Part shown: positions 39,301 through 51,300 of the stretch, one piece after another
How positions within the stretch are numbered: the first letter of the stretch is position 1
How the letters are laid out: each line of letters begins with the position of its first letter
NCBI RefSeq assembly: GCF_963921235.1
Contig: NC_086108.1
Location: forward strand, 29,948,001 to 30,012,000
Length of the DNA: 64,000 bases
Source: Mobula hypostoma
Lineage: Eukaryota
Reading direction: 5' to 3'
Program-made: the position numbers and the translations under genes
Notes under the pieces: generated by a model
Databases searched by the model: none
Told to the model about the DNA's origin: nothing
What the model saw: only the letters and a program-made list of their open reading frames with translations

Positions 39301-42300
39301 AGCGTTGAAAATCTCCATTTGAGCCTTGTCTAAATCATACTCATTTGCCATCCTGCAGCTATAGTGTGTCCTGTGAAATAGAGGCAACATCCGATACCAG
39401 TCCCACATCTCCAAAGCCCCGGAAAAGTATGGTGAAGCGGCTCAGTCTGTGAGTATAATAAAATAATGTACTGCATCTGTTTATCTCAAAGGGCACTGTC
39501 CTTAATTGACTTTCATATTGTGTCCAAAGGCACCATCATAAATAGAGCCATATAATGCATAGCCCTCGTTTCCTTGAATCTAAAAGTTGCCTAATACAAT
39601 GAGTAAATTTAAATATGACTAGGTATGTGTAGCATACGTGTGAAGATTAGGTACCTTTGACCTCTGGACTTTGACTACCATGTGTTTGGGCAGGTTGAAA
39701 ATATAATTAGTCTATTGCTGTAGGATGATATACAGTGCCTTGAAAAATTATTCAGCTCCCACAACTACTTTCACATTTTGCTGTCTCTTTTTCGAAATAT
39801 AAAATGTAGCAGGATTCTTTTAGCTAATCTGCAAAACATTGTGCATCATGTCAAATCAAAAGAAAAATAATAAAGCCTGTCAATAATTTAGTAAAAATTT
39901 AAAACGAAAATTGTGAGGCTGGAAAGGTATTCATTCCCATTGTAATTTACTATGCTTACTTTCTTCAGGTGAAGTATTACCTTACCAACTCACCTGATTT
40001 GTTGATGTAGAAAATTGGAGGATCATCTGCTTTCAATGAATTCGTAAGAATAAATATCCCTGCTCCTTCTAAGGTCCAACAGTATTTTAAATTTTCAGCA
40101 GACCAAACCAAAATGTAGACAGAATAGCATTCAAGGCAAGTCAGGGAAATGATAATGGAGAAGCAGAAATCTGGGGAGGGTACAAAACCATCTCAGAGGC
40201 ATTGAATATACTGTAGTCTATGGTGAAAAAAGTATGAAACCACAGCCGCACTGCCTAGGTCAGGCGGCCTTTCTAGACTTAGTCACTGGAGAAGAGTACA
40301 CTTGTAAGAGAGACTACTGTGATGCCAACAGTCATTCTGAGTGAGCTGCAGAAGTCAGTGGCTACAACTGGAGATGAAGTTCATGGCTGCACAATCTCAA
40401 AGGCCTTGCACAAAAGGGGTATTTATAGAGGAGCGGAAAGGAAGAAGCCTTGGCTAAAAAAAAAAACATATCCTTGCCCATAAAGGCTGAGAAGATGCTG
40501 TAAAGATGTGGAAGAAGGTCTTGTGGTCGGATGAGACTAAAGTGGAACTTTTTGGCCTCGGCACTAAGCGGTACATGCGGCATAAATCTAATACTGCATA
40601 TCAGCCTGGTCTCACCATCCCAGCTGTAAACTATGATGGAAGTAGCATCATGCTATGCGGATGCTTTTCAGAGGCTGGGACTGGAAATCTGATCAGGACT
40701 GATGGGAAGATGAATGCTGCTAAATACAGAGAGATCCTGAATAAAAACCTGTTGGCCTCTGCTGGAAAGCTTGGACTGGGGAGTAAGTTTGTCTTTCAGC
40801 AGGACAATAATCCAGAGCAACCATAGAGTGGCTTCAAATGAAGAAAATTGATGTCCTTGTGTGGCCCAGCCAGAGTCCTAACCTTAAGTGAGGGAGGAGA
40901 AGATGGCGGCGCGACACAGCGTGCACTGCCTCTCCGGTGAAATGATATCATTTTTGTTAAATAGGGGCCGTGCACAATTCTGATTTGATGGAGACAGCCG
41001 TGAGAAGCACGGAGGAACACCTGGAGAAATTTCTAAAGTGCCCGGTTCACTGCTGCTGCTACTGTGTGATCGAGAATCTCCGGAGGGAAGGCCCCAAGTC
41101 CTCGGCTTTGCCTGTTGCTGGCGGCCGGGGCTGGGGTCGAAGCGCTCAGCGGAGATGGTGCTTGGTGCTCGGTGTCAGAGGGCTGGTCAGAGGCTCGAAG
41201 TTTTCGGAGGGACTGAGAGTCGGACTGTGGTTGGGTGCTTCCAGGATGCTGCATCGGCAAGTTTGCAGCGCTGGAAGCTTATGGCAGGGAGAGTTTTCTT
41301 CCTTCTACCGTCTGCGTGAGATGTTGGGGCTTTCGAGAGACTTTGAGACTTTTTTTTTACCGTGCCCATGGTCTGTTCTTCTATCAAATTACCGTATTGC
41401 TTGCACTGTTGTAACTATATGTTATATTTATGTGGTTTTTGTCAGTTTTTCAGTCTTAGTTTGTCTTGTGTTTCTGTGATATCACACTGGAGGAACATTG
41501 TATCATTTCTTAATGCATGCATTACTAAATGACAATAAAAGAGGACTGCGTGTCCTCATAATCTTAAAATAAAGCGATCAAACATCTCTGGTAAGACCTC
41601 AAGATTACTATCCACTGCCGCTCCTCAACTAACCTGGTACCACTTGAGCAATTTTGGAGGGAGGAATGCACAAGGCTTGCGCTATTGCATTGTGCAAAGC
41701 TAATATAGACTTGGCTGAAAAGACTATTGGCTGTAATAGCTGGGAAAGCTGGTTCAACTAAGTACTGAGCAAAGAGGGATGAATATTTTTGAACTGTTGG
41801 CATTTCACCTCTAAGAGGACCACAACCTCTTTGTGGTTTGAAGGCTTGTGTGCCTCAATGACCCAGAGGGCTATGTTTGCTGGAGTCAAGGCTTTGTGCT
41901 TTGGCTCTTGGTAGGGTCACCCATGCCAAACAGATGAAAGGATAGAGGCTGGACTAAGATTGGTCCACAGGTCTTCCATTTGCGGGTTCAGCTCAAGGCT
42001 AACCAGCCTGACTGTTTTTTAAAAAACAAAAAAATTGTTACAGAAACAGCAGTGAAGAAGCCTTCGACATCTTGGTACAACGGTATCCCTGAGTCTCAGC
42101 CCAGAACTTGCATGACTGACAGTAGTGAAAACCAAGAGGAAGTTACTGACACGATGAAGGGGGTCCTGAACGCCACCAGAGATGGAGGCCCTTCACGCTA
42201 GTGGCATTATGAGCATCAGAGAGATGGTAGACATTTCAGTTTCTAAATTTTTAATTTTGTCATGTTTTATAATATCCCTTTTTTTAGGTCTAGTATGAAA

Positions 42301-45300
42301 AAAGGAAGCATGTGATTCACAAATAAAAATTCACAGTTAAATTGATCGCAGTTCCTGGTTGTAATACTCATTTATGTGAATGAAGGGTTGGTGAGGACTG
42401 AATACTTTTACAAGGCACTATAAATTTGCAGAGCAGCTCATTCTGACACTCTAAGATGGATCTGTTTGGGTTACTCCTGCGTGTGAGATGCTGGATCATT
42501 ACTCGCAGGTCACATAATTTGTGCACCCAGGGCTTTTATCTCTACCATTTCCTGAGCAGTCCCAACCTGACTATTCTTTAAAGGGAATAGGTGAGGTTGG
42601 AAACCTCCACAGCCCCTAATTATAGCAATTATGCTCTATCTCTGTCCCCTGATCATTGGTAGCTACGACTGATTGTGGATAATGATTAACTCCATTATTA
42701 TTATCATATGATATCAGAATTAGAGAAGCAAACTGTTTTGTCTTGCGTTATCTGCATTCCCCTTTTCCCCTCCCCCAGCATTCTTTTGTCACAACATTTC
42801 CACTTTGCAAAATTGGATTTAATCAGTGAGCAGTAAGAATGGACTTAAGTAAGACAGTACAGCACACAAAATTATGAGCTTGTAGATGGAAACTGAAGTA
42901 ATTTGGATCACTGAAAATAACCAGCTTGACATTCTGCCTTTTATAGATGGGTTTCATATGGCAAAATATCCTCCAGTTTTCTAGAATTTCAATCATTGTG
43001 TCTGAAGCTATGGCCCACATTCTGAAGTGCTTCCATGTACATTGTGGATTGTTTATGTACCTACCCTGGTATTCGAGTTTGAGGTACTTCTTCTGAAGCC
43101 GAGATGAATAGCCTCCAATGAATATGATCAAGCAGTATATTTCGACATACAGTACATGTACTTTGATGATAAATTTACTTCAAACTTCGATGACTTATCT
43201 ATGCTTCTTGATGCTTAATATATGAACAACAGGGATGTTTGAGTTGTAAATAGCCTTTGCTTGCATCAAGCCATCTCTGTGAAAACCCCAGTTTACTATT
43301 TTCGCTTATTTTAGTTGATTGCACTGCAGGGCAGAAAGCAAAGCTGGAGCAGTGGGTGGGCTAATCAATTATTCCCCCTATGCTGCAGATTCTTGAAGTT
43401 ATTATCTGATGTTCTACTTTATTATGTGACTAGAATGCATGAGCTATTTTTAACTTTGCTGCTTCATAGGTAGTGACTGCTCTGTGTATTTGCTGAAGGT
43501 TTCCTGCCGCAGCATTAATTGTACCCTGCCACTTCACATCCAAAATACCTAATTAAACATTGGGGCTTAGCTGATTTGTACAATTTGAGTTTGTATATTG
43601 AGGTTGCTATTGGAAGCCACTCTACATTAGTTTTTTTTCTACTGAATATTATTTTATTTAGTTATCAATTATTTAATTACATTTGTCTCATTTTCCTCAC
43701 ATCATGCCTTGCTATAAGTAGGACATTGCATTTTATAATGACAGTGTGAATTTTAGTGGATAATGTATGAATGGGGTTTGCTTGTGTTCCAGTGGTTAAT
43801 TGCTCAGAAGTTCCAATGTTCAGAAGTTAATATAGCAATCAGAGCTAACATAACCTCAACAGGACCCGACAAATTCTTCATGGAATACTGCGCGAGTGTT
43901 GAACATAAAGTTGTATGGACATTAAAAATAAAATATGTCACCCTTCTTGGCAGATGTACATTTCCATTTCAAACCTTTATGAGGAGCTGAGCAGTTTCTT
44001 CTTTCACAAGTAACAACATGAAAGCAATTTCTTTGTCAGAAATTGCTGTCAATGTATATTAACAAAATCTTTTCTTAGAATACATGACTGATTACACTTC
44101 AAAGTGTGTCCCTGGCAAGAATTGTTAGGGTGAAGGATAATACCAGTCCTGTTGGTAATTTCCAACTGCTGCAATCTGCAGGAAGTTAGATATGTGCAGC
44201 AACACACCACTGCTCTATTTCAAGTCGTGGATGAAGTCATCAATAAAGCTGACTCCCATGCTGAATTATAGCCTTGTTCTGCTGTCCCCCTTTTCGGGAG
44301 AATCAACCACTGTGTCATTTCACCACATTGAGCATCAATCTCCCTCTTTTGTACCTCACCGTGATTATCTTCACTTTTCCCCATCATCGCGAGTTACTGT
44401 CACACTGAAACCTTCTATGGCTTCCATTCTTGCCACTTCCAAGGTTTCACAGCCTTGCTAAACTCCAGTATTTTAAAACCCTGCTTATCATTCGTATGCA
44501 GATGAAAAGAGGTTTCCGATATTCTGAGATTTATGTGATTATTGGACTATATTCTATATGAGTTTCCTTCAGTCTTACTGTGTTTTCTTTCTTCGGGCTG
44601 ATTGACGGGTGGGTGATCTGTTAATTTTTTGTGTGTAAGGGGGATTTAGGGGTTTTCATGTGACTGTCGCTGTTCTTTTCTGTGAGTGAGGGGGTTGGGG
44701 ATTATTGTTGTCAGTTTTTCTCCTGAAGGTGAGGGGGTCGGGGATTGTATTTGTTGCTTTTTTTTCTGTGAGTGAGGGGCTTTGGGATTGTTATTGTCGC
44801 AGTTTTTTTTTGTGGGTGAGGGGTTGGGGGATTGCTATTGTCACTTTTTTTCTACAGGGGAGGGGTGGGGGATTTGATGCTATTGCCGCTATTTTCTTTC
44901 TGTGGAGGAGGGGTTGGGGTGTGCAAGTTTTGTTTCTTTTCCTTTCATTGCCGGAGGTGGGGGGGTGGGGTTGATGTCTTTTCTTTCATCAACACCCGTG
45001 GCCTTTCTGTATTTAATGGCTATCTGGAGAAGACAAATATCAGAGTTGTATTGTGCATTCATACTTTGACAATAAAAAGAACCTTTGAACCTTTCTTCCA
45101 ATTGATTTATTCTGGCCGCATTAATCTCAACCCATGCCCAGTGAAGTCTTCCATGTTCTTGCTCCTCTAACTTTGCAATATCTTCTGGTCCCATGTTTAG
45201 TGCGCAATCTCTGTTAAAGTGATTCTGTCCCTTGAGAAAGCAGGATTTCCCAGTGGCCATCTACGCTCTGTCTGCCAGAGAAAGCAGAATCTCCCAGTGG

Positions 45301-48300
45301 TCATCTACGCTCTGTCCGCCAGAGAAAGCAGGATCTCCCAGTGGCCACACATTTTAATTCCACATCCCATTCCCATTCTGACATGTCTATCCACGGCCTC
45401 CTCTACTGTAAAGATGAAACCACACTCAAGTTGGAGGAACAACACCTTATATTCCGTCTGGGTAGCCTCTAACCTGATGGCATGAACTTCTGCTGATGCC
45501 CCACCTCCCCCTCGTACCCCATTTGTTAGTTATTTTTAAGCACACATTCTTTCTCTCACTCTCCTTTTTCTCCCTCTGTCCCTCTGAATATACCTCTTGC
45601 CCATCCTCTGGGTCCCCCCCCGCCCCCTTGTCTTTCTTCCCGGACCTCCTGTCCCATGATCCTCTCGTATCCCCTTTTGCCTATCACCTGTCCAGCTCTT
45701 GGCTCTATCCCTCCCCCTCCTGTCTTCTCCTATCATTTTGGATCTCCCCCTCCCCCTCCAACTTTCAAATCCCTTACTCACTCTTCCTTCAGTTAGTCCT
45801 GACGAAGGGTCTCGGCCTGAAACGTCGACTGTACCTCTTCCTAGAGATGCTGCTTGGCCTGCTGCGTTCACCAGCAACTTTGATGTGTGTTGCTTGAATT
45901 TTCAGCATCTGCAGAATTCCTGATGTTTGCTGTCCCTTGTATTTCCTATTTGTTCACCACCTTTAATGAATGGTTGTTCTGTTCAGATAAATGTAAGTTA
46001 ATAAAGCAGCAGCCATTAAATGCACCCAAATTTTGAAGACTAAATTCAGGTGTACTTTTTAAAGTTGTTTGTACATTGCAGCAAAGTGTCACTGGTTTTG
46101 TTTTTCTCTTGACACAAGTGTTATTAGCAGCATGGATAGTGTAAATTCTGATTTGGTTAATCATGTCATGAAACATACTGTGAAATTAGGAGCTTTGGTT
46201 TTCCAGACATTTAAAAAAAAGCTGAAATTCTGAAGTAAAACCATAAAATTCAGAACAGTCAGCAGGTCAAGAAGCATCTGAAGTGATAGTGTTGATGTTT
46301 CAGGCCAAAGACCCTCTCAGGTAGGGTCAGGACCATTTCTCTATTCTTGGATATGGCTTGACCTGATGACTGATACATAAATACTGATTATTAACAAGTC
46401 AGCTTGGATAGTACCAAGAAAGAATTGCTTACATTCCAATTAATTTAAATATTACTTCTCTACTGTGGAATTTCCTTTGATCTATTGTCCAAAGTGAGCA
46501 GGATCAATGGGATAAAGAAAACTGATTATTAACAAGTCAGATTCCACGCTGTACTTGGTTTCTAGATTGAGAGAAATGCAGCTTTTTAGGCTCCCAGTTT
46601 GGACAGTATCAAGAAATAATTGCTTACATTCAAATTTATTTTTAATATTACTACTTTAATGCGGAATTTCTTTTGATCTGTTGTCCAAAGTGAGCAGGGT
46701 CAACGGGGTTAGGAAAATCGTCACTTTTTTTTCACTAGTGACTTGAAAATTTGGAAACACCAATAAGGGAGCAATGTGGACGGGGTACTAGGTACTCTAG
46801 GCATAAGTGGATTATGCAATGAGTTTCACCCAAGGGTAGGAATACAGATGCTATGAACTGCTTCAGTGAAGTATTTTGACACAAAATATTGTGTGCATAA
46901 AAGTAATTAGTATTGGCAACAAGCATTCTTTTTTTCTTTTACCTTGTGAACATAACATAAGAAATAGGAGCAGAAGTAGGTTATCTGGCCTATCGAGCCT
47001 GCTCCACCATTCAATAAGATCATCTCCATCTACCTGCCTTTTCCCCATAACCTTTAATTCCCCTACTAAGCAAAAATCTACCCAACTTGGTCTTAAATAT
47101 ATTTACTGCGGTAGCTTTCACTGCTTCATTGGGCAGAGAACTCCATAGATTCGCCACTCTCTGGGAAAAGCAGTTCCTCCTCATCTCCGTCCTAAATCCA
47201 CTCCCCCAAATCTTTAGGCTATGTCCCTTAGTTCTAGTCTCACCTGCCAGTGGAAACTACTTTCCTGCTTCTCTTATCATGCCTTTCTTAGTTTTATGTT
47301 TATGTAAGATCTCCATTCATTCTTCTTGATTCCAGCAAGAACAGTCCCAGACAACTCAATCTGTCTTTATCATCTAACCCCCTCATCTCTGGAATCAACT
47401 TGGTGAACCTCCTCCGCACCATCTCCAAAACCACTATATCCTTCTTCAAGTAAGGAAACCAGAACTGCACACAGTATTCCAGGTGCGGGCTCACCAGTAC
47501 CTTGTACAGTTGCAGCATAACCTCCCTGCTCTTAAATTCAATCCCTCTAGCAATGAAGGCCAACAGTCCATTTGCCTTCTTGATAGCTTGCTGCACCTGC
47601 AAACCAACCTTTTGTGATTCATGCACAAGCACTCCCAAGTCCGTCTGCACAGCAACGTGCTGCAATTTTTTACCATTTAAATAATAAACTGCTCTTTTAT
47701 TTTTCCTTCCAAAGTGATGACCTCGCATTTATCAACATTGTACTCCATCTGCCAGACCCTTACCTACTAACTTAACCTATCTATATCTCTCTGCAGACTC
47801 TCGGAATCTTCTGCTTTCCCACTCAATTTAGTATCAGCAGCAAACTTAGAAACACTACGCTTGGTCCGTCTTCCAGTTCATTAATGCATATCGTGAACAG
47901 TTGCAGGTCCAGCACTGACCCCAGCAGCAGACTGCTCACTACTGATTGCCAACCAGAGAAACACCCATGTATTCCAACTCTGCTTTCTATTCGTTAACCA
48001 ATCTTTGATCCATGCTATTACATCACCCCCAACTCTATGCATCCTTATCTTTTGGATAAGTCTTTTATGCGGCTCTTTATCAAACACCTTCTGGAAATCC
48101 AAGTAAATAACGTCCATCTGTTCCCCTCTATCCACTGTGCTTGTTATATCCTCAATGAACTCCAGTAAGTTTGGCAAACAGGACCTGCCTTTGCTGAATC
48201 TATGCTGCGTCTGCCTGATGGATCCATTTCTTTCCAGATGCCCCATTTTTTCTTCTTTAATGATAGTTTCAAGCGTTTTCCCAACTACAGATGTTAAACT

Positions 48301-51300
48301 AACTGGCCTATTATTACCTGCCTTTTGCCTACGTCCTTTTTTGAGCAGTGGGATGGCATTTGCCATCATCCAATCTGCTGGGATCTGCCCAGCGTCCAGA
48401 GGATTTTGGTAAATCATCACCAAAGCCTCTACTATAACTTCTGCCATTTCTTTCAGTACCCTGGGATGCATTCCGTCATGACCAGGGGACTTATCTATCT
48501 TCAGGCCCACAAGTTTTCTCAGCACTACCTCTTTAGTGATAACCATTGTATCGAAGTCCTCACCTCCCATTGTATCCATAGCATCTCCCTTTAGCATGTT
48601 AGGTGCATCCTTCACCATGAGACCAATTGGTGTTTCCCAATCTTCCAGTTTCCCACTAATCTTGGCGACTTTGTCTGCATGAGCTTTTAGTTTGATGCTG
48701 CCTTTTATTTTCTTAGTTATCCAAAGCTGGCTCTCCCCACCCTTACTGTCCTTGCTTTTAACTGAAATATACTGGAGCACTGTGAAAAATCTCTTTGAAA
48801 GTCTTCCACAGTTCCTCAACCGTCCCACCATTGACCCTGTGTTCCCAGTCTATACAAGCCAAATCCTCCCTCATCCTATTGTAGTCTCCATTGTTTAGGC
48901 ATAATACACTGTGAATGTGATATAAACTGGCTAAAAACAGCAAACCGAACTCCGGCACATGTGCTTCAAGTATCTATCATGGAATTCCTCCATAGGACTA
49001 TTGTGATATCCCACTGTTAAGTCCAATTTAAATGTTTTTCAGAATGTACCTACTTCTGATTTCTGTTTTGGTCTGTTTGCTAATTAATCCCTTTCCCTCG
49101 TGCAGGCTCTTTCTAGGGTCTGATGTCATCACGAACAGTACTCCAACGAAGAGCTGTGAGCAGCCCAAATCCCCTCCAAGTGGGAGTTCTGGGGAAAGCA
49201 TGGACTCTGTCAGTGTTTCATCATCCGATTCCAACAACTCCGAAATTGAAGAGACCTCCACAACTCCCACTGACACTCCAGAAGGACCACAGCAAAAGGT
49301 GACTGAAGGGCATGACCTCTTAAACATGTTACACCAACCTAATTCATTCCAATAAAGCTTAGTTTTTAAGCTGTGTTTTGTTGAATTAGATAAAATGTAC
49401 AAGTGAAGCTTCTCAGTGTATCAATAATATCCAATCATCATAAGCTGTTTCCTGTAACTTATGTACGACAGAGGATTTAAGCCAGTCAGCACATGACAAC
49501 ACAGCAGGAGATAAAGGTGCACCATCCCTTTGGCTTTGCGTTTCTGCAAATTGTTATATAGCTGGTCTCTGCATAGTCATTAGGTTCCCTCATTTGTTTT
49601 TGCGAATTAACGTTGTAGTTCATCATCTTCTATGTAGAAGGATATTGTTTCATGGGAGGTTATTGGTGATTTAATTGGTTTTAGTAGAAAGTGCATTTAA
49701 CCTGTTTCTAAGAAAATTCAGCCTCTCAGCAGTTGAGTTGACCTTTATCTCTTAGGATCTGTCTTCAGTTTCAAAGTTCCCTTTCTATTAATGGACTTCT
49801 TCCTTTCCTCTTCCCAAGGTTTTAGTGCGAGATTACTGAAACTTGTGACCAATATATGTTATGATTACTTGCTGAAAGGTACCCTAGAGTAACTGGAAAT
49901 TTAAAAGAGATTAAGAGATTAGTTTTCTTTGTCACATGCCCATCAAGACATAACAGTGAACTGCATCATTTGGCATAAATCATTGAGGGTTGAGCGGGGT
50001 TTGGCCCCATTTGAGGATGGTGCTGGGCAGCCCGTAAGTGTCATGCTTCCAGTGCCAACATAGTATGCCCACAACTCACTAACCAAACCATAGGTCTTTG
50101 GAATGTGGGAGAAAACCAGATCACACAGAGGAAACCCACAGACACGGAGAGAACATACGAACTCTGATAGTGTTCTCATTTGTTCTGCTTTTCATTTAAA
50201 TACATAATTTGATACTCGAACTAGTTTGTCTTTTTTGTACCTTTTGAACCATTTCCATCAAACATTGGCTAATCGGGACAGCCACTTAATTGGGCCAACT
50301 TGTAATGGTCCAGATGTTCCCAATTAATTAGAATCCACTGTATAATGAATGATCAGTATTTGTTTAACGCTGATGGGTGTTGTGTTGATTGGTGGTAACA
50401 ACAAGGCGGACAGACAGATGTCAAGGTACTTGAGTATTTAGATGTGGCTTTTATAGCTGTGTTTGGAGGGTTGGGACTGCATTGCATAATGGTAGAACAG
50501 GAAATTTGGAACTATTCGAACTGTACTCATTAATAGATATCTTGCTGTTTTCCAGTCATCTGAATCTTTATCATCATGCTCGTCCATACACTCAATGGAC
50601 ACGGCCTCTTCAGGAGTCTCATCATTAATCAGTACTGTTTCATCATCGCCTTCATTCCCCCACAATCCTAAGATCCACAAGCGCTCTATCTCAGTGACTT
50701 CCTGCGGTTCAACATTATCACTTCCTGTGTACAACCAGCAGAACGAAGATAGCTGCATCATCCGGGTCAGCCTCGAGGATGACAACGGAAATCTGTACAA
50801 AAGCATCTTGGTAAGTGCATGGAACTTTTCCATGGTCAGTTTTGTCCTGATAATAGATGTGAGTCTTTGAGTATAAAGTAATTGCTGACTTTTGTTTAAA
50901 ATAATGTCACAGCAACTACTTGTTGGCAGATGAGTTCAAAATGGCTGTGTGGTTGCAGTCAATGCTACTCCATGTATTTGAGTTTTGGGCTGTAATCTCC
51001 TGTTCTGCATTAAATTTGCAATCTGCTCCCTTTCTGATGTGTGGGTAGAATAAAGTGGGATTAGTGAAACTCAGGGGTTCCCAAACTGAGCCCTTGAACC
51101 CCTTGCTGAATAGTATTGGTCTATGGCATTAAAGAGGTTGGGAACCCCTGTTGCAATGGGTGCTTGACACCTGGTGTCATCTCAGAGGCCGATTCCATGC
51201 AATATGACTGGAATGCCGTAAGTGACTCAAGCATCAAGGAGATTCTGGTTTCTCTACGAAGTGTTCTGCTGTTTTGAAGTTCTGCATTTAGTTTCTGGTG

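Larger units (their letters stand above)
39733..42420 (+). mobile_element. Tc1/mariner DNA transposon (defective) with both TIRs and TA target sites
   Basis: TA|cagtgccttgaaaaattattcag ... ctgaatacttttacaaggcacta|TA; ORF 40506-40826 [16 protein letters not shown]...[13 protein letters not shown] motif at 40862-40885. Confidence 0.92.

Noticed and set aside
40970..41479. 169-aa ORF in the nested element
   Set aside because: No recognisable domain; a chance ORF in a GC-rich repeat.
46360..46402. C/D-box snoRNA-like TGATGA...CTGA
   Set aside because: The spacing is too short, there is no terminal stem, and it overlaps a decayed PLE terminus.
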